Position numbers and translations under genes: made by a program. Below are positions 1-11,986 of a stretch of DNA of 64,000 nt, one piece after another; position 1 is the first letter of the stretch, and every line of letters starts with the position of its first letter. The notes under the pieces were generated by a model. It was not told the origin of the DNA and did no database searches. It saw only the letters and a program-made list of their open reading frames with translations. The DNA is taken from NCBI RefSeq assembly GCF_006345805.1, contig NC_043010.1, forward strand, positions 21,824,001 to 21,888,000. Direction: 5' to 3'. The DNA comes from Octopus sinensis (lineage: Eukaryota).

Positions 1-610
1 ATGAATGCGGTGTGCTGTTAAAGGCCTTTTTATAATCAATCCATGCGGAATTGCGATTTCTGCGTTTGTAATGGCAGTTCTCAAGGATCATGCGATTGAT
101 TAAGAGTTGGTCTTTGCATGCATCTAATCCTCGTCGGCACCCTTTTTTTCCAGTGGAGGGAAATAGCGTTCTGTTCCATAAATTTGCAAGTTTTCTCCAC
201 AAGGATGGATGTTAAAATTTTATACATGGTAGATAGACATTTTGTGGGCCGATACTTCTGGGCAAATTTGGTCTCATTATTCTTCGGGAGTGGGTAATTA
301 ACACCTCTTGCTAACCAATCAGGTGTTTTCGTAGGATCTCTCATAATGTCATTGAATAACTGGACTAACTTTTTGTGTGCGCACGGAAGTCAGGCGAGCC
401 AGAAGTTTGACATCCTATCATTGCCAGGAGTATCATCTTTAGGTCTGCTATTGTGGTGTCTTCCCAGGCTTGTTCTGGTAAGTTTTGGTGGGATACATCT
501 GTGTGCTTCATCCAGTCTGCATTTTCATTGTAACTCTTTTCATTACTCCAGATATTTTTCCAGAAGTTTTCAAATTTTTCTATGGCAGGCGGTTTTGTTC
601 TTAGAATAAA
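1..610 (-). mobile_element. R4/Dong-clade LINE fragment (RT N-terminal region), decayed
   Basis: Minus-strand translation across frameshifts gives FENFWKNIWSNE...PGNDRMSNFWL...PDWLARGV..LPK..YRP.KCLSTMYKILTSIL, then ..CKDQLLIN...AWIDYKKAFNS. These are RT domains matching the Dong copy at 62034-62792. Confidence 0.85.
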
Positions 611-920
611 AAGGATGGTTATATTTTCGAATACTCAGGGTGAGAGGACAGGATGGGTATTCACAGAAGTTGTAGATATTAGAGTTTTTAAAGATGATCG
701 ATTGATTGTTCAAAAACTGCAGGTATGCATGTTTCTAAACTTGTTTTGAGGGAAATTTAAAATACACACAGGAAATTGTTGATATTCCAATCTGAGTGTT
801 ATTTTTCAGTTGACCTACTGGGTTGTATTAGTGTTTCTGTGTTTGTGTGTCTTCGGTTGCTAACTGGTCATAGCAGCGAAGAACACGCGCAGCCGCTGTC
901 AAGGCTGGCGCGCTCCTTTT

Positions 921-1014
921 CTCCTCCTCCTCCTCCTCCTCCTCCTCTTCCTCCTCTTCTTCTTCTTCTTCTTCTTCTTCTTCTTCTTCTTCTTCTTCTT
1001 CTCCTCCTCCTTCT
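921..1014. repeat. (CCT)n/(CTT)n microsatellite
   Basis: Direct read of tandem triplets. Confidence 0.95.
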
Positions 1015-1015
1015 T

Positions 1016-1262
1016 ACAATCACTCGCCGAGACATACCTAGCGTCCTAGGGCGAGTGAAGCATAAGAGATGTTACAGTATGACTGAAAACCAAGGAAGGC
1101 GATGTGGTAGAGTCAGTGGCGAAATATCTGCATGTAATACAACACATATTTAAATTGATAGGGTTTTTCTTAGGATGTGGGCAGTATTTGTCAGCACAAT
1201 CTTTTGGAATTCTCTGAGACATGGTTCTCATGGGATATTATCTAGATATTTCTGACATTCCC
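1016..1262 (-). mobile_element. Probable 3' end and UTR of a decayed RLE-type LINE
   Basis: Non-repetitive block between two triplet tracts, with (GAA)n directly after its minus-strand end. Only weak protein resemblance to LINE C-termini. Confidence 0.4.
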
Positions 1263-1321
1263 TTGTTGTTGTTATTGTTGTTGTTCTTGTTGTTCTTGTT
1301 CTTCTTGTTCTTCTTCTTCTT

Positions 1322-1645
1322 CAGTTGTCTCATTCTTATAACGTGCTTTCACTGCACTACCTATCGCAGCTCTGTGTGACTTGGGTATGTGCTGTGGTTT
1401 GTTGTTTTACTCTTATTTTCACCGTGTTTTACATAGGATGTGTGCAGTGCCTAATAGTACTATTTTCTGTATGATATATATACTTGTTAGTCTTGCAGTT
1501 TTTGTTATATATTTATCTGAATATTTCTTTATCATACCTAATGCGCCTTCTATGATAGGAATTGTTTCCGTTTTTACACTCCACATTCGAGTTACCTCTA
1601 TTTCCAGGTCTTTTGCAGTTCGAAACATTCTTCGTTTCTTTTAGA
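1322..1645 (-). mobile_element. Dong-family LINE 3' end (same family as 16186-17803 and 61972-64000)
   Basis: ORF 1419-1628 KDLEIEVTRMWSVKTETIPIIEGALGMIKKYSDKYITK...QKIVLLGTAHIL is nearly identical to the C-terminus of ORF 17020-17706. The 3' UTR also matches 17700-17803. Confidence 0.93.
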
Positions 1646-1699
1646 GAAACAATTTAGGGGAGGGGAGTAGTCAATACCTTCGAAATCAGAGGTCAACTG

Positions 1700-2445
1700 G
1701 TACTTAATCATGGGTTCAAGGTAAACTTTACCGGCATGGATGTACTGTAAGACGGGCTTCTCGAGGAGCGCGCAGTGTCGGAAGCGTTCTGCACGCACTC
1801 GTTCAGTGACCGGGCATTGCTGACTTGTGGGTTTATGTTGAACAGCTGCTATCACGCTTGAGACGGATCTGTCTGTCGGCTGAGTCTGTAATGATGATCC
1901 CTCTCCCGTCCTCTTTCTATAGGGCAGGCAAGGCAGTTTTCCTTTGCCTTGTGGCTGTGGCGAAAGTAGTTGTTTGGTGGACTTGGCTGAAAGACATGCG
2001 GACAGATACTTTCCTCTATGGTAGAACTCTCATTGACTTCAAATTTCACTTGAAAATAAAATTGAGAGTGGAGAGGGAATTGCTCTCCTCGAGTGGGTTT
2101 ATTGAAAGGTGGGTGAAAATTGCGAAAATTGTGAATCAGAGAGAAGGAATTGGAGAGGACACTTGCTCCTAGGGTTTCAGGGAAATCTCGGACAGTAGAG
2201 TTCCTCGATTATTCCTAGAGGCCTTACTATATCAGGAGGGCCACATCTCTATCATCCTCCCCGCCACTTTTTTAAACCTTTGCATTCTATGCATATGCCC
2301 CTTCTTTTTCAGTGTATACCGTGTATAATTTCTTTCCATTTTTTTTATTATTTCATTACATGTAACTCCCCCCCACACACACACACTCTTTATGTCTGTC
2401 TTCGTATTGTCCATCTCATCCTTCATTCTCGTGGCAATAAAACGA
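1700..2445 (+). mobile_element. Tx1/L1-clade LINE 3' fragment
   Basis: VLHALVQ..IADLWVYVEQLLSR...AKVVVWWTWLK...ERWVKIAK is homologous to 25814-26523. The 3' UTR ends AATAAAACGAAAAC followed by (ATT)n. Confidence 0.85.
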
Positions 2446-2474
2446 AAACATTATTATTATTATTATTATCATCG

Positions 2475-2843
2475 TGAAGATCGCCCCGCCGCCCTCCTTT
2501 AGCTGAGAAGGAAAAGGAGTCTTCTCCATTTGTTGAAAGGTGGGTGAATGTGGCGAGGATGAGCCGTGTGAATGGGCCTACTCTGAGCTTTCGTTTGTAA
2601 ACCGAAGGTGTTTGAGAAAAGGGAGGGGCCTGCCGAGGTGCATCTGGCGGTCCAGGATATCCAAAATGTGTGGGGTTACTCGGTTACCCCTGTGACAAAC
2701 TCTCCCCTTTTAGGGAATTTTATTGTTTAATTGCTTTGTTAATCGTTTTTGTTGTTGTATACACAGCATTGTTCAACATCCCATTTGTCCCTTGTATTGT
2801 ATCGTCCCTATTTGTGTTCGGTCCTTGTGGCGAATTAGAGAAA
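2475..2843 (+). mobile_element. Second Tx1/L1-clade LINE 3' fragment
   Basis: ERWVNVARMSRVNGPTLSFRL* matches the Tx1 C-terminus (KRWVNVARMARMNDEATLSIVL*). A distinct UTR follows and ends in (ATT)n at 2844-2912. Confidence 0.8.
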
Positions 2844-2863
2844 GTATTATTATTATCATTCTA

Positions 2864-2911
<48 letters not shown>

Positions 2912-3438
2912 GAACAGTTACTGCTGTTCGATTAGGAAGGTAATTAAATATTTCAATATTGCCGTTTTGTAAATAAAAAACTTGAAAAGGAAGTGTGCTT
3001 ATCATATATTTAGTTTTGTAACGAAATTCAAATTACGAACATCGATGAGATTAAGTATATTGGCTTTTCTAATTGAAATACATAATTAAAAACTGTAATT
3101 ACAGCTTTTTTCCTGTACACATATAGATATTTTGATTGCAGCTAAAGTTCAAGATAATTGCTTGCTCAAAGCAAAATTGTAAAGTTGTTTGTTAATGAAG
3201 TTATATTCTATAACCAAAAATCTGTGACTTGCATAGTTAAATAAGTTTTTGTGGTTAATTACATGAATTCCATTTCACTTTATTGATTTTGAGAAGCTTA
3301 GCTGTGGCCATGTTTATTTTTTTTTTCTGCAATTTAACGTGAACCTTTAAATTTGATGCGGTTAGGCATTCCGTTCAACACTGGGAAGTGTCAACGGTTA
3401 CAAAAATACGAAAATAACTTAAAATGAAATATAAACAT

Positions 3439-3594
3439 GCGTGGTTGTGTGGTGAGAAATTTACTTCCCAAACACATGGTTCAGGGTTCAATCCCTATGC
3501 ATGGAGCTTGGGTATGTATTCCCTATAATAGCCTCGGGCCGACGAAATCCTTGTGGGTGGATTTGGTAGACGGACACAAAAAGAAGTCCGTCGT
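3439..3594 (+). mobile_element. tRNA-derived SINE family A, 5' half
   Basis: GCGTGGTTGTGTGGTGAGAA...CCAAACACATGGTTCAGGGTTCAATCCC head and ...GTGGATTTGGTAGACGG...GAAGTCCGTCG, shared with many copies in the window. Confidence 0.85.
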
Positions 3595-3814
3595 ATATAT
3601 ATATATTTCTATATTCTTATACTTCTAATATATCAATATATGTTTCACATTGGACAATTCTTATTTTATCCTAATGCAACCCGTATATCTATGTGTTAAT
3701 CGTAGTCTGCCTGATTCGAGCCTTTTCTATTGTATCTGTTATACTTGTCTAGCGCATCGGGTTCAACTTGAGCACTTCTACGCTATGTATTTCGAAAGTA
3801 AATTATTATATATA

Positions 3815-3866
<52 letters not shown>

Positions 3867-4054
3867 TGTTGAATTGAAGAAATGGAGCTGAACGAAGATT
3901 GCACCAACGCACGGTTGCAACACCATATGGTTGTACCTCCAACCGTGCTGTCTTCTGCTGTGATTTTTGCTACCAGGTATCGGTTAAACTTTTGATTAAT
4001 CTGCCACAAGATTATTCATCCTTCTATTTCACATAATATATATATATATATAAT

Positions 4055-4088
<34 letters not shown>

Positions 4089-4249
4089 GGGAAGTGTGGT
4101 TATCATATATTTAGTTTTGTACAAGGTTAACCAGCCGAAATTGCGAAGAAGATCCGGTTCTTGATTGCAGATTAAAGGCTTCGAATGACCCGTCCGTGTT
4201 TTTTGTATCGTCTATCTGGATGTTTTGCGTTCTTGTCCCATTTATATAT

Positions 4250-4440
4250 ATATGTTTGTGTGTGTGTGTGTGTATGTATGTATATATGTGTGAGTGTGTG
4301 TATGTCTTTGAGTCTGTGTTTGTCATCCATCACCGCTCGACAACTGGTGTTGTATTTACGTCCGCGTAACTTAGCAGTTTGGCAAAATAGATTGATAGAA
4401 TAAGTATCAGGTTTAAAGAAGATGTGTCCCGGGGTTGATT
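4250..4440 (+). mobile_element. SINE family A, 3' half
   Basis: GACAACTGGTGTTGTATTTACGTCCGCGTAACTTAGCAGTTTGGCAAAA...GATAGAATAAGTA matches the 3' half of full copies. Confidence 0.8.
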
Positions 4441-4527
4441 TATTGATTTATTTGATAAAAATACTCAGACAGGGGATGATAAGCCGTTGAGTATCTCGCT
4501 TAGAATATATATATAATTTGAGTAAAG

Positions 4528-4905
4528 CGCAGGCGTGGCTGTGGTAAGAAGCTTGCTTCGCAACCACATGGTCCCGGGTTCAGTTCCACTGCGTGGCACC
4601 TTGGACATGTGGCTTCTGCTATAGCCTTGGACCGACCAATGCTTTGTGAGTGGATGTTGTAGACGGAAACTGAAAGAAGCCTGTCGTATGTATCTATGTG
4701 TTTATCTTTGTGCCTGTGTTTGCCCCCATCACTATCGCTTGACAACCGATGTTGATGTGTTTACGTCCTCGTAACCAAGCGGTTCGGCAAAAGAGACAGA
4801 TAGAATAAGTACTAGTCTTGCAAAGAATAAGTCCTGGGGCCATTTTTTGGACTAAAAGGCGGTGCTCCAGCATGGCCACAGTGAAAAGACTGAAAGAAGT
4901 AAAAA
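4528..4905 (+). mobile_element. SINE family A, full length
   Basis: tRNA-like head GCGCAGGCGTGGCTGTGGTAAGAAGCTTGCTTCGCAACCACATGG, central CACCTTGGACATGTG..., tail GGCGGTGCTCCAGCATGGCC..GACTGAAA. Confidence 0.9.
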
Positions 4906-5133
4906 TGTAAGTTGTCTACTTTTTCGTGGCCGGCCGCGATGAAATACGTATCGAACAGTGTCAATGCTGTTTGTATTTACGACCTCGGAGACAACTGGGG
5001 GAAATGAATGACGAAATGCAAAAACTGATGAGAAAGCTTGCTACGGAAGACGAAAAGGGAAATAATGTTAAACTGGAAGAAGGATTAAATCTACCAACAA
5101 TCAGTTGCAGAAAAGAATATTGTTTTCCACACA

Positions 5134-5545
5134 AAGGGCGGCGATCGGGCAGAAACGTTAGCACGCCGGGCGAAATGCTTAGCGGTATTTCGTTCAGAGT
5201 TCAAATTCAGCCGAGGTCGACTTTGCCTTTCATCCTTTCGGGGTCGATTAAATAAGTACCAGTTACACACTGTGGTCGATATAATCAACTTAATCCGTTT
5301 GTCTGTCCTTGTTTGTCCTCTCTTTGTTTAGCCCCTTGTGGGTAGTAAAGAAACAGGTATTTCGTCTGCCGTTACGTTCTGAGTTCAAATTCCGCTGAGG
5401 TCGACTTTTTCTTTCATCCTTTAGGGGTTGATAAATTAGTACTAATTACGCACTGGGGTCGATGTAATAGACTTAATCCCCTTGTCTGTCCTTGTTTGTC
5501 CCTTCTGTGTTTAACCCCCTGTGGGCAAAAAATAAATAAATATTA
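5134..5545 (+). mobile_element. SINE family B with tandem duplication of its body
   Basis: Head GGCGGCGATCGGGCAGAAACGTTAGCACGCCGGGCGAAATGC. The body GGTATTTCG...GAGTTCAAATTC...GAGGTCGACTT...CCCCTTGTGGG occurs twice (about 5185-5355 and 5356-5535). Confidence 0.85.
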
Positions 5546-5744
5546 TTTTCCACACTATTTCGCTTTATTCTTTCCTTTATCCAAATTTCAGAGAGTTCGA
5601 CAAGTCTGTTGCAGAAGACACCTCTACTCGAGTCGATCAAAGCCTTTATGTAGCATCCGAAATTACTAGAAATAGTGGCCAAATATACATTAAGTCACGC
5701 ACTAAAGTCACAGAAAGAGGAAAAGCACATTGAGGAATGCAATC

Positions 5745-5960
5745 ACTGATCGTTTAATACCAGCTGGCAAAAATGAGTTGTACTTGTATTTCAAAGGGTC
5801 AGCCTTGTCACTCTCTGTGTCACGCTGATTATCCCCGAGAACTACGTTAAGGGTACACGTGTCTGTGGAATGCTCAGCCATTTGCACGTTAATTTCACGA
5901 GCAAACTGTTCCGTTGATCGTATCAGCTGGGACCGTCGTCGTCGTAACCGGCGGAGTCTT
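5745..5960 (+). mobile_element. SINE family E, 3' part
   Basis: CAGCTGGCAAAAATGAGT...CTGTGTCACGCTGA...GTTAATTTCACGAGCA...GTCGTCGTAACCG matches 54600-54836. Confidence 0.85.
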
Positions 5961-6259
5961 TTTTTTTTAATACCAGGAGAAATAATACGAAGCACCTTTT
6001 CTGAAGCCATATAAATTCTGTCAGCTGGCTACGCTTTATAAACTATTTAGAATAATATTCTATTCAGTTCTATATTTAAAAGATGAAGAATATTGTACAT
6101 TATTTACATCGTTTCCATTGTTTACATTTGACGATATTTGTCCTCATCTTGTTTGTTGTTAACACAAAGTTTCGGCTGATATACTCTCCAGCCTTCATCA
6201 GGTGTCTTGGGAAAATTTCGAATCTAGGTTCTCATTCCTTTTTCGATGTTGTTGTTGTT

Positions 6260-6293
<34 letters not shown>

Positions 6294-6318
6294 CCACCAC
6301 CATCACCATCACCATCAC

Positions 6319-6369
<51 letters not shown>

Positions 6370-6370
6370 T
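6260..6370. repeat. (CAT)n/(CAC)n microsatellite
   Basis: Direct read. Confidence 0.95.
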
Positions 6371-6377
6371 ATTCAGG

Positions 6378-6445
6378 TCACTGCCTGGAATCGAGCTCGG
6401 AATCTTGGTGTTAGTAGCCCGCGATCTTAACCACTACACCATAAA
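6378..6445 (-). pseudogene. tRNA-like sequence (SINE head or tRNA pseudogene)
   Basis: Minus strand GGTGTAGTGGTTAAGATCGCGG...CCGAGCTCGATTCCAGGC has A-box and B-box-like motifs but no clean cloverleaf. Confidence 0.6.
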
Positions 6446-6608
6446 ATCGAAAGATACCTTAGGAATGAGAACCCGGGTTTGAAATTTCCCCAAAACATCT
6501 GATGAAGGCTGGAGGGTATATCAACCGAAACATTGTGTTAACAGCAAGGAAGATGAGGACAAATATCCATCAAATGTAAATAATGTAATTAAGGAATGTA
6601 CTATTCTA

Positions 6609-7895
6609 TTAGGTTGTCAAGAAAGTTCTTGCGGAATTAAAAATTTTGGTTTTAAATGATGTATTTTCAAATTACCTTTCGGTAATTTACTTTGATTTTA
6701 TATATCATTTTAAAGCCCGTTTTTTGCTCTATCTAATCGTGTTACTCTTTTTCTTTTTGAGTAATTAGGTCTTTTTCCGGAACGTTGAATACAACAAGGA
6801 CAAAAATCAAATTCGCACAATTTCCTTATTCCAGTTCAAGCTAGGCCGAAAAGCTGCTGAAACAGCTCGCGATATCAACGATGCTTTTGGCCCAGGAACC
6901 ACTAATGAACTACAGCACAGTGGTGGTTCAAGAAATTTCGTAGCGGTGACGAGAGTCTTGAAGATGATCAGCGTAGTAGTCGGCCATTGAATGTTGATAA
7001 CGATCAACTAAGAGCTTTAGTCAAAGCCAATCCACGCACAACTGTCCGAGAGCTTGCTTCTGAATTAGACGTAACATATATAACAATTTCCAACCACTTG
7101 AAAGAGATTGGAAAGACAAAAGTACTTGAGAAATGGGTGCCGTACGAATTGAACGACAACCAGAAAAAAAAAACGCCGTTTTGAAGTGTCTCTTCCCTTC
7201 TTTTACGCAACAAGAACGACCCGTTTCTCGACCGGATTGTGACTTGAGATGGAAAGTGGATTCTTTACGACAACCGGTGACGCTCAGCTCAGTAGTTGGA
7301 CGCCGACGAAGCACCACAACACTTCCCAAAGCAAAGGTTGCACCATAAGAAGGCCATGGTGACTGTTTGGTGGTCTGCAGCCCATCGCATCCTTTACAGC
7401 TATTTGGATCCAGGCGAAACCATTACGGCGAAGAAGTACTCCCAGCAAATTGATGAAATGCGTAAGAAACTCCGATACAACAGCCATCATTGGTCAATAG
7501 AAAAAGACCAATTCTTCTCCACGACAACGCTCGGCCGCACGACGTACAACTGACCCTGCAGAAGTTGAACAAATTGGGCTACAAAACTGTGCCTCATCCG
7601 CCATGCTCACCAGACCTCTCACCAACCGACGGTCACTTTTTCAAGCATCTCGACAAATTCCTGCGTGCGAAATGCTTCAAAAACCAAGACGATGCCAAAC
7701 ACGCTTTCAACGACTTCATCGCCACCAGAACGCTGGAATTTTACGCTTCTGGCATAAATAAACTTGTTTCGTGTTGGAAAAAGTCTGTTGATTCTGATGG
7801 TGTTTATTTCGATTAATGAAGTTTTGTTTGAACCGAGATATGAGCATCTGAATTTAAAGGTTACAAAAACCGTAAGAACTTTCTTGACAACCTAA
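6609..7895 (+). mobile_element. Full-length (1287 bp) mariner DNA transposon, Hsmar1/cecropia-like, transposase frameshifted
   Basis: 26-bp TIRs TTAGGTTGTCAAGAAAGTTCTT(G/A)CGG with 1 mismatch, and TA on both sides (6607-6608, 7896-7897). Protein pieces FKLGRKAAETARDIN, WVPYEL, LLHDNARPH and PCSPDLSPTD in ORFs 6987-7184, 7296-7553 and 7490-7816. Confidence 0.97.
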
Positions 7896-9099
7896 TATGT
7901 ATATATACTATAGGGGTTCTGATTTAGACAGGAGGTCAGTGAGTTTGAGGGGTAGCGGGTGCCGATAGTATTGACCCCAGTACTTGATACTTGGCTGGTA
8001 CTATATTTTATCAAGTCTGAAAGAATATTAGGTAAAGTTGAGCTGGACGGGATTTTGACCAGGTACTGTTATTTAAATACAGCCTGAATGCCCGGATGAA
8101 AGTTCTGCACACTAAAATTTCGTATCCAAGGCAATCCGATGTCATTTTGGTTTACATTGTCTTTTAATCTATCTGTATCAATTTCACTTGTTGTGCTTGT
8201 TGAAGCAGAAGTTTAAAAGCTGCAACAGGATTTCATGTTATAAAGTGTAACTTATTTGGGAGTAGAGGCTTAAGGGTAAAGCTTGACTCTAATGACTCTG
8301 CCTCGTATAAATCTGGTCGGTCAATTTGCATTCCATGGTTTTCCTGCGCTTTTAAACTGCGACAAACATTAAATCATAACTTTTAAGTGTAGTTTTATTA
8401 CTATGTCATACAACAATAAAATACTATGTAATATAACAATATCGATGTTCACTTCACACGATGTATCCTGAGATATTGTTTATTTTATTAAAAAGATAAA
8501 AGCGTGAAATCCATTTTGTAAATATTTTCATTGCTTTCAGACGCAAAATACATAAAGGGCTTAAGCATTCTGTGAATCACACCCTAATAAATGATGTCAT
8601 TTTAAAGAGCATGCAAATAGACGTAGTAACAATTAATGTTCATTAATTTGTAAACAGTTTTCGGTTTAACTAGGTGTTTATAGTAATATACTTGAATAAA
8701 ACTTGTCGATATAACCGTAATCGATGCAAGCAAAACGCTTTGATGTTATGATATTTCGTTGTTAGTATATCTTTAATGTAAGTATGAAATCATAAATTTC
8801 TTATTATGACGAACGGAATAACCCAGGGATTGTAGATATAAAAGAGGAGAAAAGTTTGATCTTTATTCAATAAAATGAAACATTGAACAGCTTTTAAAAT
8901 TCAATCACCAGATATTAATTAATATATGATTCATATAAAATCTACTCAATTTGGATTTAGGAAATTACGGAGATGTACTCGTTAGAGAAATGACAGGGTA
9001 TTGAACTCTAAATATGTACTTCGAAGAAAATATCTGTGAGCTACTTCACACACACCCACACACACACACATTGTTATATCTATTATATTTTGTGACAAT

Positions 9100-9540
9100 A
9101 TTGTTTTAAATTTGGCATAAGTCCAGCAACTGTGAAGGAGATTACTGGAATGCATCGACCGCAGAACTTGACTAGGACTTATTTTATCGACCCTGAAAGG
9201 ATCAAAAGCAAAGGTCACTTCTGCGGTTTTTAAACCCGGAACTTAAAGAGCCGGAAATGATGATATCCTATAAGCCCAATGTGCCGCCAACTCACCGATA
9301 ATATTTTGTGATAATATTGTATACTATGATTAAGGCGTCGAGCTGGCAGAATCGTTAGCCTATGGGCAAAATCCTTAGCGGCATTTCGTTTGCCCATGAG
9401 TTCCTATTCCACTGATGTAGGCTTTGTCTTTTATCTTTTCGGGGTCGATAAAGTAAGTACAAGTTGAGCACTGGCATTGATGCAATCAATTTTTCCTTCC
9501 CCTAAAATTGCTGGCCTTGTACTGGAATTTGAAACTGTTC
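9100..9540. mobile_element. Two decayed SINE family B copies (minus about 9100-9290, plus about 9332-9540)
   Basis: AAGGCGTCGAGCTGGCAGAATCGTTAGC head on plus; ATCGACCCTGAAAGGATCAAAAGCAAAG is the reverse complement of the family B body. Confidence 0.7.
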
Positions 9541-10029
9541 CATATAGATTTAAGATATAGATTTGCCTGTTTGTTCCTTTATAAAAAATAATTCCAATTA
9601 CCTTGATATCGATTGTAATATTTCTTTACGCATTTCAAACAATTTTCTGATGTCTACCATTTATCTTTTTTAAGCCTCTTTTTCAACATATTTCTGTGGA
9701 AAGAGGTTGCTTTTGTTTAAAGTAATTTTGAAAATAATGAAAACCTTAGTAAGATAACGTTGCCATTAATTGTAATATGAGCGAACCTGAAATTTTAACA
9801 TAAGGTTTTAATTTAGATCATTTTAATATCTAATTTTGAAGAATCTGGGAAGATCTCGGACGGGTTGGTATGAAAAGGTTCAAAAGTTTGAAGAATTTTA
9901 AAAAGATAAAGTATAAAAAATGTTACGGTGCGGACTCTAAAAATATTAAAGGTGTCCCCACTCATGTATTGCGTTGTTAACGAAATTAATACTTCATGAA
10001 TATGTCAGTGACATCTTGACATTTGGATT

Positions 10030-10215
10030 TTAATATCAGCTGGGGGGAGGGAGTTGATTACATCATCTCGAATGTTCAACTGGTACACATTTATCGACCC
10101 CGAAAAGATGAAAAGCAAACTGACCTGGGCGGAATTTGAACTCACAACAAAAATACGGACGAAATACCACTAAACATTTGCCCGATGTCCTAACGATTCT
10201 GTCCGCTCACCACCT
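10030..10215 (-). mobile_element. Decayed SINE family B copy
   Basis: ATCGACCCCGAAAAGATGAAAAGCAAACTGACCTGGGCGGAATTTGAACTC is the reverse complement of the family B body. Confidence 0.75.
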
Positions 10216-11142
10216 ATGGATCGATTTAAGAGTACTATTAATAAAACTCTTTAAAGGACGGGCTATTAAAGCATCTAGCTATATGACTGAATTCAAGAAG
10301 AATTCTCATTTCATCCACCTTCGTCAATTCCAAAAATAATAATTTTACCAAATGTGTACAATGATGTTGTTGTTGTTGTTGATTAGAAGCAAATAGTGCT
10401 AACTCCGTGGCCATCCAGATTATTATGTTCCCTTGCTATCATTATCCGGTGATATGTTTCTTTTTCAGATGTTAAGCATTGAACCTAGTGAAATTTAATT
10501 GCTATTTCTAGAAAGACCAAGGTACATCTTCATTGTTCTTGGTGTTCACATTTGGACCTAACTTATTGCTGACCGCTCAGATTGCTGACTTGAGGTATTT
10601 CATTCATAATCAAATGATCAATTTTGGTATGTGTAGGACTATTTCTAATTTATACATAAGATAAAGTAGAACACGAGGGCGATTTAATTATTATTTCTCA
10701 CAAACTGAATCACGATGTAGAGGCGTCCCTCTTTTATGCCATGTCAACCGTTAATTAGAATCTCTGCACAAACGGAAAACAGTGGAAACCTTCCCAATAA
10801 CAAACAGGTAAATTTCTCCCAAATTGCATCAGCCACAATTACAGAAATCTGTTGGCCAACTAAAAATTATCGCCTACTTACAATAATTTGTGATCCCTTA
10901 AGTACACTTTCATTTAAATGCTGACACACCTAAATAAGCATAGCTAATTACAAGGATTTAAATGCTGGACTGAACTCTAAACTTTAAACTTCGCATCCCC
11001 ACTATAAAAGGTTTGTTGACCCAAAACCCCTCCGTCTACATGCATTCCTTTTTGAACACTTAAAAAACAACACCATGACCCGAAGCTGACACACCTAAAT
11101 AGACACACTTGATTATAAATTTCTACATACATGAATAAATTC

Positions 11143-11301
11143 TGAGTGGCTGTGTGGTAAGTAGCTTGCTAACCAGCCACATGGTTCCGGATTCAGACCC
11201 ACTGCGTGGCACCTTGGGCAAGTGTCTTCTACTATAGTCTCGGGCCGTCCAAAGCCTTGTGAGTGGATTTGGTAGACAGAAACTGAATGAAGCCCGTCGT
11301 A

Positions 11302-11356
<55 letters not shown>

Positions 11357-11540
11357 TATGCGTGTGTGTGTTTGTGTGTCTGTGTTTGTCCCCCTAGCAT
11401 TGCTTGACAACCGATGCTGGTGTGTTTATGTCCCCGTTACTTAGCGGTTCGGCAAAAGAGACCGGAATAAGTCCCGGAGTCGAGTTGCTCGATTAAAGGC
11501 GGTGCTCCAGCATGGCCGCAGTCAAATGACTGAAACAATT
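11143..11540 (+). mobile_element. SINE family A, full length with internal (TA)n
   Basis: GTGGCTGTGTGGTAAGTAGCTTGC...GAAGCCCGTCG-(TA)n-TGTGTTTGTCCCC...GGCGGTGCTCCAGCATGGCCGCAGTCAAATGACTGAAAC. Confidence 0.92.
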
Positions 11541-11884
11541 AAATTAGCAAAAGAGTAATAGCACAACTTCAAATTTAATCGAATAATTCTTCTGTAACAT
11601 CCAACCAGCTTTACCTAAACTACAACTTTATTATCATTCAACAAAAACGCCACCTGACACAGAAATGGTTAACCTTACAGGGACAATATGGAACAAAAGT
11701 AAATTCAAATGTACGTCCATCCCATGGTTTAGCTGGCCGAAACATTTAAGTCAATGTCAATGCTATACTTAGAAAAGAATAATAAATTTGTACTGTACAA
11801 ATATTATCGAGTAATCTGTTAGTGTAATGTAAAATTGCAATTAGTATAACCTAATACATAGACAAACATTTATATACATACATT

Positions 11885-11935
<51 letters not shown>

Positions 11936-11936
11936 C

Positions 11937-11986
<50 letters not shown>

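Larger units (their letters stand above)
6110..6590. mobile_element. Inverted pair of Penelope-like termini, each with a decayed HHR motif
   Basis: 6110-6240 is the reverse complement of 6455-6590. Both arms carry CTGATGA-A-GGCTG...CA(G/A)CC-GAAAC. Confidence 0.7.
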
